Positions 26,346 to 40,290 of a stretch of DNA of 63,058 bases are shown here, one piece after another. Numbering within the stretch: the first letter of the stretch is position 1; the number at the start of each line of letters is the position of its first letter. Under the pieces are notes generated by a model. It saw only the letters and a list, made by a program, of their open reading frames with translations. It made no database searches and was not told where the DNA came from. Both the position numbers and the translations under genes were made by a program. Source of the stretch: Chara braunii. Taxonomy: Eukaryota; Plantae; Charophyceae. The stretch is from contig BFEA01000014.1 in NCBI GenBank assembly GCA_003427395.1, positions 2,773,461-2,836,518 of the forward strand. Reading direction: 5' to 3'.

Positions 26346-26814
26346 GTGACATTGGATCCAGACTCGACATTGGGCTTCAGACATTTTGACGAGGGACTAT
26401 CTGGGACTTGTAACGAATACTTCCCATCTTCCCCTTCCTCTTCGTCTGATCCCCTCCTCTTCGTCTGTGTATGATCTGGACCTGGCGCACTCTTCCTGTG
26501 TGTAGCGCCAGGCCCCTTCACGCCTCGTGACGTGGATGATGTATGTTTGGTCTGTAATGTGACATTGATTGGGCTAGTCATTGGTTTCCTAGCATTCTGC
26601 TGCGCTGTCTTGCACTACGTGAGAGAGGTCAGTCCCGGTCAGGTCAGGACTTGTATCTAAGTCTTCCAGTGCGCTATAAAGCACCATTCTTGTATGTATC
26701 GGAATGCACACTGCTTGTTGAGATTCTACTTGCACTGCATTGTCCATTCAGTCCTTTTTATCACATTGCGGATCCTTGGTTATATATGTACATCACCCAA
26801 CTGGGCATGTAACA
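25437..26814 (+). repeat. 3' LTR of element 1 (contains an N gap)
   Basis: TGTTACATGCTGCGCC...GGGCATGTAACA. Confidence 0.93.
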
Positions 26815-27517
26815 TTGTTCTCCTCCCTCTGCTGTTCTTCGTCTATGAGAGAGAGAGTTCCAGAGAGATGTTGAGAGTAGAGACTTGGTGACTTCGGGGG
26901 ATTGGCAGACTCGTACATAGTATTAAGACAGAGACTTTGGTCGATTATTGTTCATGACTATTCATTCATAGGTCAGGCTATTGAGTTGACATCTCCCCGC
27001 TTCGTCTCTTCCTCCACCTCCTTCGTCCACGGGTGTTTGCAGACATGGCGGCTATCCTCTATGTATGAGCTGCCATGTCCGTCTGTGTTCGACTGATGAT
27101 GGATGTAACAGATCTGTATTTTTCAGACTTCCGCTGCATTGTCATTTCTACTTCTCCTTCAGGTGAACTTGGTTCTTGGGTTTTGCGCCATGCCAGTCTG
27201 TTTTGTATAGGCATGTGACATCCACGACAAACACCAGAGGACAACACTTATAGTATGAACGATTTGAGCAGAAGCTGGAACTTGGTACACCTCCGCACAG
27301 CAACGAGCCTAGCTCTGTTGGTACATCCACACATTGTTTTACATACAGACCTGACTTTCAAATCTAGATGTGCACAACACCAAAAACAAGCACCACCACG
27401 ACAAACACCGGAGCACACCACCTACATCAACGATTTGTGTAGAAACTGGGACTTCGTACACCGCCGCACACCAATTAGCCTAGCAACTGTTGAAATACAG
27501 ACCTGATTTTGAATCCA

Positions 27518-27847
27518 TGGCTCAGTGGTTCGGGCACCGGTTCGAAATGCGGATGATTGTGGTCCGGGTACAAAACTCCGCACCTCCGTGCAGGACACCA
27601 GCGGGCGTTCACATAATGCACGCGGCACGACCATCTGCACATCCCCTTGGGCTGACGCAGGTAAAGGTATTACAGACATGGTGGCTCAGTGGTTAGGGCA
27701 CCAGTTGGTAATACGCATTCAATTTGTGGTCTGAGGTTATGGGTTCAAAACTCCACACCTCTGCGCAGGACACCGGCGGGCGTTCACATAACACACGGCC
27801 ATCTGCACACTCCCTTGGGCTGATGCAGGTAAGGATATTACAGACAC
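27518..27847 (+). repeat. Tandem dimer (~164-bp period) with a tRNA-like Pol III head; SINE-like
   Basis: Each unit starts with A-box-like TGGCTCAGTGGTT(C/A)GGGCACC. B-box-like GGGTTCAAAACTCC at 27741 (GGGTACAAAACTCC in unit 1). The 3' bodies are shared. Confidence 0.5.
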
Positions 27848-30178
27848 TGCTGCCGCACCACCCAAGGGCTCTAGTTCACAGCTGTTGTATGCTGGGTCTA
27901 GACTATGAGGGGTTGCCTGATGTTCTTGGTCCACGGGGTTGTCTGGATGCTTGCACACTTGTCCCTTACTCAAGCTCAGCGTAGCACACATTTAGAACTT
28001 TAGACCATTCGACACTGGTCACTGATAAGCACGATGTTCGGAGTTGGAGGTTTGATACCGCAAAAATGAGTTCAGGAATAGACATTGTGGGGATGCAGAC
28101 CAGGGTTGTGGGCGGTTGATCACGTGGTATTGGTTACCTTAGGGCTCAACTTTGGGGGGGCTTGGGTTCTGGGTGGGATTTGATCAGGGACTCAGCTGGG
28201 GGGAGGGTTGGTTGGGCACTATCCCTACTGGAGAGTTGGGGCCCCTGCGGTAGTGGATGTCGTAGGGGTCCTCTGGGTTGATGTAGAGCTGGTATAGGCC
28301 CTGGTGGAGGATATCGTCGGGGAAACTGCATTAGAGGCTGTCTTAAGGGGTGGAGGCTCATCTGTTACCTGCATGGCGACTACTGTCAGATTAGAATAGC
28401 CCAGTGTAGCTCTCGTTGATGATAGAGGTTGGGGGAGCGGATGCTGGTCGTGAACCCACTGAGGACAGAAACTGGAGCTACTCTGGGGGATGCTAATAGA
28501 ATGCCTAGACATCCAGTTGATGATAGAGGTACGGGAAGCGGATGGTGGACGGAAACTGGAGATGCTTTAGGTTCGAATAACCTCCGCAAGAATTCAAAAA
28601 TAACCATAGTGCAAGGAAAATGAGCAACAGCGAGATGACAAATCCAGATTACACAATCACATTGAAAGCCAGATAGTCCCACCGTGTGCAGAGAGCAGCA
28701 CTGCACCACTAATACACCAATGGAGGTTCGTGGTACTGAAAACCAATGTCAAGGAGAGCTTTCTCTCTCCACACCAACACAAGAGTCCAGTCCCTTCGCT
28801 CTCCTACTTGGCGCTCAGCGCCCAGCCTACTCCTACACAGCTATTATCAGCCTACTAATTGACAATGCAACAACCCGAAGTACTTGAAGATGCCGCCCAA
28901 TGCAGACCATCGCCAATACAAGGTATGTGCCCTTACATCATCATCATCATCATCCTTCACCCTTCCCTGACTTTACACCCACGTCTTCCTCCCTTACACC
29001 CGAAGACCACTCATGCGCCTCACTGTAGTCCAAGCCCACCGGCTATGGTGGCTGGGCTATGGCGCTGCCCTCAGCAGCGCCCTTCTTCCCTGCACGACCG
29101 CACGTGCTGCACCTCGCCTCTAGCGCCAGCAGCAGCCCATGAGCCTTTGCTCCAGCAGCGCTGCCGCTAGCATGCGAGTGCCTGAATGAGGCTGAGAGTG
29201 GCGAGCCCTTTCCTTTATGGAAAGAGCCTGTCTGCTTCGCAGCGTGGCTGGGTTGGGCCTGGGCCCAGAAGCTTCCGGTAGGCCCCAGGATGCTGAGTGC
29301 TATTTTGCAGCTACTGGGCCGCTTTCGGTTGGGCCTCCCAACTGTCAGTGTATGAGGCTGCGTTTCTCGCCCAGGGCCTGCATTCTTCGGAAAGGCCCAG
29401 AAGGCCGTGGAAATGTCTTGGTTGCTCAGCCTGTGTTCCTCTCAACCAACTGGCGCGTCGCAACTGCCTGTACCCCAAATATGAAATTGACAGTCAAATG
29501 CCTCTTGTGATATGTTAGGCCCGCCTTCACTTAGGGCGGGCACCACTGCAACCGGGGCCCCTTAGGCCTGCCGAGGACCCAGATCCTCGCAAGAGGGATC
29601 TGATGATGATAAGGCTAGGATCTCTCCAACAGGAAAAACTAGGGGTCGCCTATGGACTTGTAGTGGCATGCTTACCCCTAGTGCTCGAAGTGCCCAGTAC
29701 GACATGTCTCGTTCGATAGTGCTTCAATCGGAACCGGGAAGGGAGGTGAGAACCTGCTTAGCCCTGATGCCTATAACCGCCGCCTGGTCAAAGGTCCCAC
29801 TACAATGATGATCCTGGGTATACTCAGGTAGGACCTTGGGAGTAGGGATGCGCCGCGGATCGTGATGACGAGTAAGGGTGGGAAGGTTTCTCATAGGGGA
29901 CCGGTTCGGCAATACATCGTGATGATCAAATGGTCAGTTGCTGAGGGGCCTCTCATATGCCTCTAAGCCAGCCTCTACAACAACCAGGCCTTTGGGAACA
30001 AACAAAAAAAAAAAGACAGACGGATATGCACAGAAGCTTAAGAAGCACCACCATGATAAACACCAGAGCACACCAGCGATATGAAATTATGAATTACTTG
30101 GGTAGAGTACACTGTTGTTGCATACCAAAGAGGTTGAATGAGCCTAGATCAGGTGGTACACCAATGAACTCTTGAAAT

Positions 30179-31031
30179 TGAAACGGTTTTCACCTTTTAG
30201 CAGTAGCAGATGCAGTACCCAGGGTTCGATCCCTAGACCTCACCCTGCCCGTGTACAGTATTGGTGTAGACCCCGAGGGTTGAACCTGTGACCTGTGACC
30301 TGTGTATTCGTAGACAGTTGGTAGGTCTGTCGTAGGTCCATAGGCAGCAGGGGTTCGATCTGTAGGTCTATAGAGTAGAAGTCTTAGCGAGTTCCAGAAG
30401 TCTAGCCGTAGTCCTTCTAGAAGGTCGGCAAGTGGTCAAGTGGCGAGGCAAGTGGTGGACTAAACTGCAGTGCAATCGCAGTACGACAACGGTAGGATAG
30501 CAGTGAGTCCACAGACAGTCAGCGGTAAAGTCCAGTCAGTCCCAGTCCGGTCCAGCAAGTACCACGGGGGACTGTGAGCACCATGGGCCGATGGCAAAGG
30601 GCAGACCAACGAGTTTCCGAAGTATAAATCAAGAGGCAGCGCCCANCCTTNCATTCATTCCTGCGTGAGCCATGCGGAAGCGCTGTCACAGCGACTTGTG
30701 CAAGGAGGTCTGCAATGAGCCCGGAGGACGCAGTGGGCGAGAGAGGAGTTAGCATAGCGATAGGGTAGAGGCAGCCATAGCTGCCATAGCTGTAGTGAGA
30801 GTGAAGTGTGTGTGTATATGCGCGAGTGTTCAGAGTTACGCGTGTGGGATATCCAGGGTGATCCGGTGTGTGTGAACAGTGAGTTGTTTGGGCGCTGAGT
30901 TGCCATAGCCAGTTGGAAGTGAATTCGTATCTGGAAGCCATATCTCTGAGTTTTGAGTGGGCGCATGTCGCCAGTTGGTGCGTTGCTGTTTACATGCATG
31001 AAAAGTGTGAATGAGTACGAGTCTGATTGCA
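30179..31031 (+). mobile_element. Solo LTR related to the element 2 LTRs, in opposite orientation
   Basis: TGAAACGGTTTTCACC...GAGTCTGATTGCA matches the reverse complement of the termini of 32857-33837. TSD AAAT at 30175-30178 and 31032-31035. Confidence 0.88.
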
Positions 31032-32856
31032 AAATACAGAACTGAGTTCGAATCCAGATGACATTGTGCACAGCTGCAGCAAAACAAGCACGACCAGGAC
31101 GGACACCAGAGCACAGCAGCAAATCCTCTGCTGAACAATTACATATACACTGGATCGTATGTGCACTTTGACATCTGCACACATCAGAGTATAGGGACGC
31201 TGGGCCTGACTTCCAGCTCACACATCTCACATCATTCTTGGGGTTGGTAGTAGATAAGGTGGATAGGGTAGATAGGGTAGATAGGGTTCTTCCTTCATGG
31301 GTCATATATTGATGAACATATACAGACAATACTGGATGCACAGTAGGACATATCCACACATCACTGCATAGGGACGCTGGGCCCAATTCCCAGCTGATAC
31401 ACAACACATCTTTGTATAGGGACGCTGGACCCAATTTCCAGCAGGTGTAGCTCCCCACCAATAGATGGAGTCTAAGACGCTGGGGCCTACTTAACGAGGA
31501 TGCTCTTATCACCTCGTTAAGTAGGTTTTCCCGGATGTGAAGTTCAAAAAAAAAAAAAAAAAAGCAAAAAAAAAAAAAGAATGACCTGGGTAGAAGCTGG
31601 GACTCAGACGTGGTACACTGTTGCATACCAACGAGCCTAGACCAGTTCAGTTGGTACATGCATGAACTGTCGAAATACAGAACTGAGATCGAATCCAGAT
31701 GGACCTAGTTGAACTAGCTCCCTTGGGACACCCACGAAGTATTGAAATGCAGTTACTCATTCACAGATTGTGAGGCCAGTATGTATGTGCTGATATAGTT
31801 TATACCTCACCATAGAATTAAGATCAAAGGTTGCAGAACTGCGGCAAGATCGAATATGCTGGAAAGACTGGCATAATTCAATTCCAGAAAGGGGCTTTCA
31901 ACAGCAGACAACGTCGGAGAGTATAGCCACTTCTTAGAACGCAAGGGGATACTTACAATTTGCTAGAGATCCAAGGGGCACAGACAAAGAGGGAACGTAG
32001 GAGAAGGGAGGACAAGTCGGAGAAGGGGTAGAAATGGTACATGAACGGGGGTTGCTGGGGAGGTTCGGTCACAGTGGTCTGGAAATAAACGGAATTCTGC
32101 CAGCGCCCAAGGTCGACATTTCAGAAGATAGGAACACTGGCTGAGGGCTTAGGGTTTAAGGTGATCTGGTCGTTCATACCAAGGGACAGGGAGGTGGGTG
32201 ATGAATGGAACAGGTCGGCATGGACAAAGGATGAACTCTTCCTAGGGGCAAAGGTGCTATCTGGCAGATCTGGATACCAGGTCTGAGAGGGAAGAGAGGG
32301 GCAGGGCAAGCTGACANTCAATCCTCCACTGCGGTGGAGTAATCAATGNTGTTCNGGGGTCCTTCGGCCTGACGGAAGGAAGCGTGTGTGAGTTTTCATT
32401 GATGTAATGTGTATTTTGACTTGCCGGTGGAATAGGAACCGGATTGATGCTCCCCAGAATAGAAGGAGCTAGGACCATAAGGCCCTGTTTTCCTAAAGAA
32501 AAAAAAAAGGAATTAAGATCATTACTATCATCATCAACAGCTCATTATCGGCAGTTCCATCCTCATCATCGACGAAGTTCTTGAGGGACCCTGGGCCTAG
32601 GCTCGTTGTATCAACTCAACCACGTATCTCAGGGGACGCTGGACCCGCTTTCCAGCAGGTGATAGCTCACCACTAATAGACTGGAGCCCCCTGCAAGAGC
32701 GGTAGGAGTGCATGCTCTTCTCTTCACTCCTATCTGTTCACTCGGGTGGATTTAAAAAAAAAAAAAAGAAGAAAAAAAAAAAGACAAAGAAAACAGACCT
32801 GAGTTTGAATCCATCTGGAGTCTGGACCTATAGACGAATGAAGTAAAATAAGTCTG

Positions 32857-33837
32857 TGCAATCAGACTCGCTTTCTTCTTCACTTCGCAATGTTCGCATA
32901 CATGCAAACAGATGGCAATTCACACTGGAGCCAAGCGCCCACTCAAAGCTCAGAGATATGGAAAACGAGAACACAGTTTGAATGCAAACTCGCTGCAACA
33001 GGCTATGGCGCATCAGCGCCTGTACATCCCAACTCTCGTCACTGTGTCCAACACCACCGTCCGCACACACTCAACACTGGATCACCCTGAATACCCCACA
33101 TGCGCTCACTGCATCACACACGCATACACACACATTAACATCTAATGCTAGCTATGACGGCTATGGCCGCCGGCTACTACTAATTATGGCGCACTAACTT
33201 CTTCAAGCCCACTTCGACCTCGGGCATCTGCAGACCACCTCGCACAAGATGCTCGGGCAGCGCTTCCGCATGGCTCACGCAGGAATGAATGAATGGCTGG
33301 GCGCTGCCTCTTGATTTATACTTCTGTAAGTCGCTGGGCTGCCTTTTCCACCGGGCCCATGGTGCATACAGTCCCTCATGGTACTTGCTGACTGTGCAAA
33401 GTGAGACTGGGACTGGGTACTGCTGACTAAGCGAAGTTGGACTCACCACTTGCCCACTTGCCTCTGGTCTACTATGAGTAACGTGAGACAAAACTCGAAA
33501 GGCCACACTTCCGGACCTTCCGGAAGTCTGTGGACTTGGCCTTTCGGGACTGTAGCAGCTACGACATTGACCTTTCAGGACTGTAGCAGCTACGACCTTG
33601 ACCTTTCAAAATTGCTACAGCTACGACCGCTGCACAACTATGACCCCTAGTCGACAGACCTACAGATCAAACCCCTACAGCTACACAGACCTACGACAGG
33701 CAACAGTCAACTATCAGAACACAGGTCACGGGTTCAAACACACAGGGGTCGACTTGATACTGTACATGGGTGTGATAAGGTCTAGGGATCGAGCCCTGGG
33801 ATCTGCATCTGCTAGTGCTAAGGTGAAAACCGTTTCA
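32857..33837 (-). repeat. 3' LTR of element 2
   Basis: On the + strand it reads TGCAATCAGACTC...GAAAACCGTTTCA; direct repeat of 40835-41777 with indels. Confidence 0.93.
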
Positions 33838-33875
33838 CTCCCACCGGCCTAAATTCGAGGTCCTCCGAGAATATT

Positions 33876-36800
33876 TTAGTCCAAGGTAGGATCTTTACCT
33901 TTCTTATCTCTCTCATAGGCTTGAACTACATCAGGAGCGGTCTCAAGAAGTTCTGTTCGTGTAAACCAGCGGTCATCCTCCGGTTCCTGAAAAGCGAATC
34001 TGACTTTATACTGCTTCTGTGGACGACCTCTACCTCCCGTTCTGAACACATCTTCACCTACGATGCCGTCAATGTCATAATTTCCATCCATGTCCGGAGG
34101 GATCATGGACCTTCGCGATGGAAACTGTTGGCTTGTGGTACAGGGCAACAACTTTGACGCATGAAAAACTGGGCAGGTGTGGAGGTGTGCTGGAATCTCG
34201 ACCGTGTAGGACTGTCCATCCTCTCCGCCTTTAACTTCTAAGACTGGGTAGCTCCTTGGTAAGCAGGCAATAACTTTTGTGAGATGTTTTCCTCAGGAGC
34301 AAACTCCTTTGACTTGACCCAGACTAAGTCGCCTACTTGAAATTGTGATGGGCGACGGTGCTTATTGGCTTGCTCTATCATTCTATGCTGGGCCTTCCTG
34401 AGGTTCTCTACTACGGTAGCAATTTCTTTCTCATGCTCTATCGCAAACTCCCTAGTTCCGGGTGGCAGCCTTTGAATCTGATCCCAGTTGAGTCCCTCGA
34501 ACGGTGTACGTGGTCTAAAGGACTTATGCAATTCGTTGGGAGTGCGACAAGTGGCTAAGTGCACACTGTTATTATAAGCACTGGCTACCTTCGGGAGCAT
34601 CTCATCCCAGTTAACTTGGTCAGGTCTAATGTACATTCTCAGAAACTGCTGCAGGACTTTGTTCATTTGCTCAGTTCGACTGTTGGTCTCTGGGTGACGG
34701 CCAGATGACATCAACAACTTGGATCCGTAAACTCTCATCAACTCTTGCCAGTTCTGACTAGTGAACCTGGTACCCCTATCGCTAACTATAGAAAGAGGTA
34801 AACCATGTTCACTGACCCAATAATCGAAAAACTTTTGTATCACTTAATCTGTCTGTGCCTCGGAAGGCAAAGGAACAAACACTGCATACTTACTAAATCG
34901 ATTAACTATCACCATGACTTGGCTCTTGCCATGCCTACTCCTGACCTTAGCATCCATGAAGTCGATGGATACAAAGTCTCCGAGCCCATCGGGAATAGGC
35001 AAGGGTTTGAGAAGACCAAGAGGGGCTTGCCTAATAGTCTTATTTTGCTGGCAGACCTCGCAACTGCGTACATACTCTATGCAGTCGGCCTTCATACCTG
35101 ACCATATATATGCGCGCATAAGGTTGGCTAATGTCTTCTGCCAACCGAAATGTCCTTCTGTATCATGGCATTCCCCTAGGATCAGGCTACGCATTTCCTC
35201 ACTGCTGGGGACGCACAGACGGTCAACTACATTAGTCTTTTCGAATAACAACCCATCAGTAGTGCGGTAATCTGGTTCAGTCTCTGGAGCCTCCTTAACT
35301 CTTTTGAGGAGATCGCTATAGATGGGGTCCTGCGCATACACTTCCTTAACTTTCTATTGCAGGTCTCTCCCTATATATCGCTCTAAAGTAATCAGCCCTC
35401 CTACTCAGAGCGTCCGCAACTACATTATACTTTCCTTTTACTGGCTTGAGCTCAAAGTCAAACTGATCTATCTCGACGGCCCACCTAGTAAGCTTTGGTG
35501 TCATTTTGGCCTGAGTCTTTAACCATCTCAACATCTCGTGGTCTGAATAGACATTGAAGTTCCTCCCAAGCAAGTAGTGCTTCCGGTGATCTAATACTTG
35601 CTTAAGAGCGTAGAGTTCCCTCTCATAGGTAGATGTCGCTACCTTCTCTAAAGGCATCCTGGCGGACATGAACTCTACGGGCCTATACCCATGACCATCA
35701 TCCTGCTGTAAAACAACACCTATACCATACCGACTTGCGTCAGTGGTGACTACAAAAGGCAAAGACGGATCGGCTACCTTGAGGACTGGATACTCTATCA
35801 AGGCCTTTTTTAACTTCTTTAGAGCCGACGTACAGTCTCTATCCCACTTCCAAATTGCTTCTTTCTTCAGTAACCTGCGAAGGGGTGCAGCGATAGTGGA
35901 GAAGTTTCTGACGAACTTCCCATAATAATTGGCTAGGCCTAGGAATGACCGCAATTCTGTCAATGTGCGAGGCGTTGGCCAATCTCCGATTGCTGCTATC
36001 TTCCTCGGACTTTATGCCATCCCCATCTAAGACGTGGCCCATGTATAGGACTTGCGTCTTGGCCCACTCACACTTCTTTGCGTTGATCTTGAAGTTAGCT
36101 TCTCTCAGCTTCTCCAAGACCTGCCTCAGATGACCCTCATGCTCATGGAGGGTCTTGCTAAAGACTAAGATGTCATCTAAATATACAACTACAAACCTAT
36201 CTAGCCACGGTCTAAACAAATCATTCATGCAACGCTGAAATGTGGTTGGCGCGTCAGTAAGTCCAAAGGGCATCACTATAAATTCGTAATGCCCATACCT
36301 GGTCCTGAATGTCGTCTTGTACTGATCATCAGGATGGACCTCTATCTGATGATAGCCTGATTTTAAATTTGTCTTTGAGAAATACTTGCAACCTTGCACC
36401 TGATCTAACAGATAATCTATACGGGGCAGTGGTTCAATATTCTTCACGGTAACGGCATTGAGACCGCTCTCCCTCCTTGGGAACAAAAAGAACAGGCGCT
36501 CCAAATGGAGATGAACTAGGCTTAATTCAACCCTTCTCAAGGAGCTCATCTAACCGCATACGCAGTTCCTCTAACTCTTTTGGGGACATTTTGTACACGG
36601 CCCCCTTCGGAGTTATACTGCCAGGTTCTATCTCGATACGATGCTGGATCGACCGCGCCACTACTCCTGCGGGCGGCTGAGCTAAATCCGTATACTCCTC
36701 CAACAACTTGGCAATGACTGGCTCGATAGGCTTCTCTTCCTTAAGCTCAGTAACGGGCCTAACATAGGCTGCAAAGACCTGTTCTCCTAATTGCTCCTTC

Positions 36801-37417
36801 CTTACTAATCGCGCAAACGCGGGAGCACTGAGACAATACGCTACGGAGTTGTCTACTCCTGACACATGGAACAGCCGAGCAGTCTTGACTGCGCCTGATG
36901 GGCTAGGGAGCCTACACTCATGCTCTCTCAAGTGAAGTGTGGCCCCTGCTGCCTCTCCCCAATCCATTCCTATGACCATGTCGAAAGGAAGGCTGTCCTC
37001 TACGAGGAGAGTGAGGGAATGGAAAACTTTCTCCACCTTCCCATTCTTCTCTAGGCGAAAATACGCCTCGACTCCCTCTATGTAATCCTCGACTCGCATA
37101 GTGCGATTGTCTGCGAGGATACTGACTACAGGGTCTTCTAACTTCTGGACTTTCAGATTCAACTTCAGCTTCTGCATCGCTTTCCTGCTGATATAACTGC
37201 GGGTGGCCCCACTGTCTATAAGGGCCCCTACTCTACTTCTAAAGACCTCTACATCTGTTAAGACTAGTTGCCCTTTTGCCTCCTTCTTCATCTTGGCCCA
37301 GGCAGGCATCCTCTCCTTCAACTCTCCTGCCACGCATGTGAGGGAAGTGCCTAGAGAGACTATAACACAAGCAGTCTTTGGACAGTTGTCTTGGCACTGG
37401 CCAGCAACCTTTGCCAT
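33876..37417 (-). pseudogene. pol of element 2 (protease, RT, RNase H, integrase, chromodomain), broken by frameshifts and stops
   Basis: ALIDSGATRSYI; LKSGYHQI and YLDDIL; TTDAS...YSDH; integrase zinc-binding CHDTEGH...CEVC; SIDF and SDRG...HPET; chromodomain YDIDGIVGE...QYKVRF...DDRWFT. Confidence 0.93.
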
Positions 37418-37499
37418 AGAAACATGTGGTTTGGGAGTTCCTGTGTGGTGCGCGCACTCTTCTCCACATGGTCTAGGGATAGGGGCAGTTGCAACCCCT

Positions 37500-39370
37500 A
37501 CCGGCGGTTGCCTTTTGCTGCTTGTGCGGCGAACCGGGCCTCTTTGTACTTAGGGCAGTATTTAATAATATGGCCAGGATCACCGCAATAGATACACCGA
37601 TCCTGATCTATCCTCCTCTGCCTCAGTGTTTGTTCTAGGCCCAGATCCTCCCAAGGCCTACCTTGCGGCAGACCAGGGTGCCATCCACTCCTTCTGCGTG
37701 ACCGATTGTAACTAGAGCGGTTTTGCGGGGCACCTTGACCCCTACCTCCCGCTTGGCGGCCTCCTCTGTCGCCAACCTCCTGATCGCTCTGTCCTCAACC
37801 ACCTGAAGCCTGACCCCCTTGGCCCCGACCTCCTCCTCTTCCTCGTGACCTCCCTCCAGCCGCAACAACAGCGTAAGTCATCCCCTGACTATCGCCACTG
37901 TCATCCTCCTCCAAGCCCCACTCTATCTGGCTGTAAGGGACCTGTTCCATACCACCCTCATGTAGTGTAAGGTTCAGGTGATCCTTGCCCTTAACCTGAC
38001 CTGAGATGGTACAACCCTTCCACTTCTTACCCTTATCGAGGTCCTTATGCCAGAAAGTGGAAACTGGCATGGACCATGCTTCAAACGCTACCACTTCCCT
38101 ACTCAGAGTATCGTAGGTCATGGTAAACTCCCGACTCTTCTCAAAAAAGTGCCCGCGCAAAGGTTCGGGCATGGCACGATAGAACATGTTGACTAACTGG
38201 GTTTCAGTAACCCCATGACCAGGAACAGCTACCAACTCATCGATAACTCCCTTGAGTGCTCTAGCATTCCTCCATTGGCGGGAATGGATGGTCTGCAGTT
38301 TGTCTGAAGCTCTAACACACGCAGGGGGGTAATTTGGGAGTACGCGACCATATCATTTTCACACTTCGCAGCACGACAGAGCGATATGCTCCTCAGGAGC
38401 TATCTTCTGGAGGTGTACGTAGGAGTTTACATTTGCCTCCCAGTTATCAAAGTTCTCCTCCTTCCTCCCGCTGTAGGAATCAGGGAACTTCACCTTCACG
38501 GGTACTCTACGAGGACGAACTTCCTCCTCCCTAGGAGCAACAAGTTTCGCGCCTTCTATGGCCCCAGTGCAGAATCGCTCTGTGCTCTCCATCCTGGCTT
38601 TTACTTTTGTGCCCACGTGCATCATCATTTCTCGTGCAAACTCCCTGAACCCTATGCGTATGGACCGCAGAGCTACATCTTGGCCCCATGCAAACTGATA
38701 TTGCTCTTCTTTGGCCCTAGCTAGGAGTTCATTATTCCTAGCCATCACATCCATCTTCCCCTGCAGGTCCGCCTGCGCTTCCATCTGCGCCCTTAGCTGC
38801 TTCACTGCCTCCAATTCTTTCGCAGCTTCGCTGGCCTCCTCCATTCTTTTTTTCTTCTCCCTGGTCAATCGCAACTTCCACTCCAACTTCTTCTCCTTTT
38901 TATATTCTGGTGTTTTAAGGGATCCTCTTCTGCTTCCCACTCTTTCACTACTGCCTCCTATTCTGCCTTTGATACATACATCATTGCCTCCTCGTCCTCT
39001 CCCAGGGATAGATTAGCGACCCACTCAGACACCTTCTTTTCAAACCATGGGTCCTCCTCCTTCTTTGTGCCACTGGATTCCCCTCTGTCCCTGAAACTCT
39101 TTCTGAACAGGGGAACTTCCTCTTCTGCCTTTTTCTCCTCTTCTTTTTTTTCTGCCTCCACTGCTTTCAACCTTCTTCCTCCTCCTTCAGCCTTTCCAGC
39201 TCTTCCTCCAACTTCTTTTCTTCGCGGCTTGCTCCTCCAACAAGACCAACTTCTTGGCCTGCTTCACCACTACCCTCTTCTCTTTCGTGGCCTTCTGTTC
39301 GGCTAGAATCCTCGTGGCCTCTTCCTCCTGCTCCCTCGTGTAGCGAGTAGTACTAGCACCACCCCTCGTG
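37500..39370 (-). pseudogene. gag of element 2 with CCHC zinc knuckle
   Basis: Coiled-coil fragments, FPDSYSGRKEENFDNW, LVNMFYRAMPEPLR. The minus strand at ~37553-37597 reads RCIYCGDPGHIIKYCPK (CX2CX4HX4C). Confidence 0.85.
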
Positions 39371-40054
39371 TCAACTCTACACGTGAAGGTATTCCAAAAG
39401 CCTAATGGAAAGAGGCGACGCCAGAGGGTCCCCCACAAGGAGAACCCCACGAGCAAGCCGTACATGGGGTAGTCATCCATGGTGTTGATGCACGACAATG
39501 ACTGTCCCACTCCTCACCACTTAGACCTACCCACTAACTGTCTAATTGACTCTCTAAGGACTACAGGATCTTGGTAGGACCCTGTCAACTATGGTCTCTA
39601 GCCTAGACCTATTACTAAGCTGTCACTACAGGACTCAATGCTGATCAGGAGGCATTTAAGGAGATCCCCCGTAACTCCTCAGGAATTATTTAACGTCCCA
39701 GACAGGACGACGCGATCAGCAAGTCCTCTCAAGACTTAGACAGCTTGTTGTGCACCCCACAACTCGGATTTTGGGCCTACTATGCCACACAGAGCAGCCC
39801 GCCGGTCTGTNCCGGTCCTTGGGAGGGTTTGTCCTCCGGGTCCGTCAGTCGTTAGACACGGCCTTTAGCCCTACTCAACCTGTGTGGGTTCGGTCAACAA
39901 AGCTCTACGACCTCATACACAGAGTTCCTATCACCTGGACAGACGAGACTCAATGCAGAAAGAAGAGACAGACAGACTCAACAAGTACCATGGGTGAGTG
40001 CACATCCATAGGCGAGGGGATAGGCTGAAGGGTTGCGAGAATATACCGACTCCA

Positions 40055-40290
40055 GCTTGGTCAATTTCGTGGTCAACAGCTCCGGTCAATGCCTTGGTCA
40101 ACGCTTGGTCAACGTCTTGGTCAATGCTTGTTCAACGCCGGTCAACCTCTCAGTCAACACCCCGGTCAACCCCCGGTCAACTCCTGGTCAACTCCTGGTC
40201 AACTCCTGATCAACTCCTCGTCAACACCTTGGTCAACCCTGGCCAACTCCTCGATCAACTCCCCGGTCAACGTCTTGGTCAACGTCCAAC
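40055..40290. repeat. Degenerate ~11-bp GGTCAAC tandem repeat in the element 2 leader
   Basis: About 20 copies of (T/C)GGTCAAC variants. Confidence 0.85.

Larger units (their letters stand above)
18581..26814 (+). mobile_element. Ty3/gypsy chromovirus LTR retrotransposon (element 1), decayed, integrase core deleted
   Basis: Paired LTRs (TG...CA termini), TSD TTGT at 18577-18580 and 26815-26818, PBS, PPT, and gag-PR-RT-RH-(IN tail)-chromodomain order. Confidence 0.95.
17880..27220 (+). mobile_element. 3' LTR of the older chromovirus (~1.1 kb), split into 17880-18580 and 26819-27220 by a nested insertion
   Basis: Starts TGTGGTATGC right after the PPT. The probable end GGCATGTGACA resembles the end of the nested LTR (GGCATGTAACA). 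The right boundary is inferred. Confidence 0.6.
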
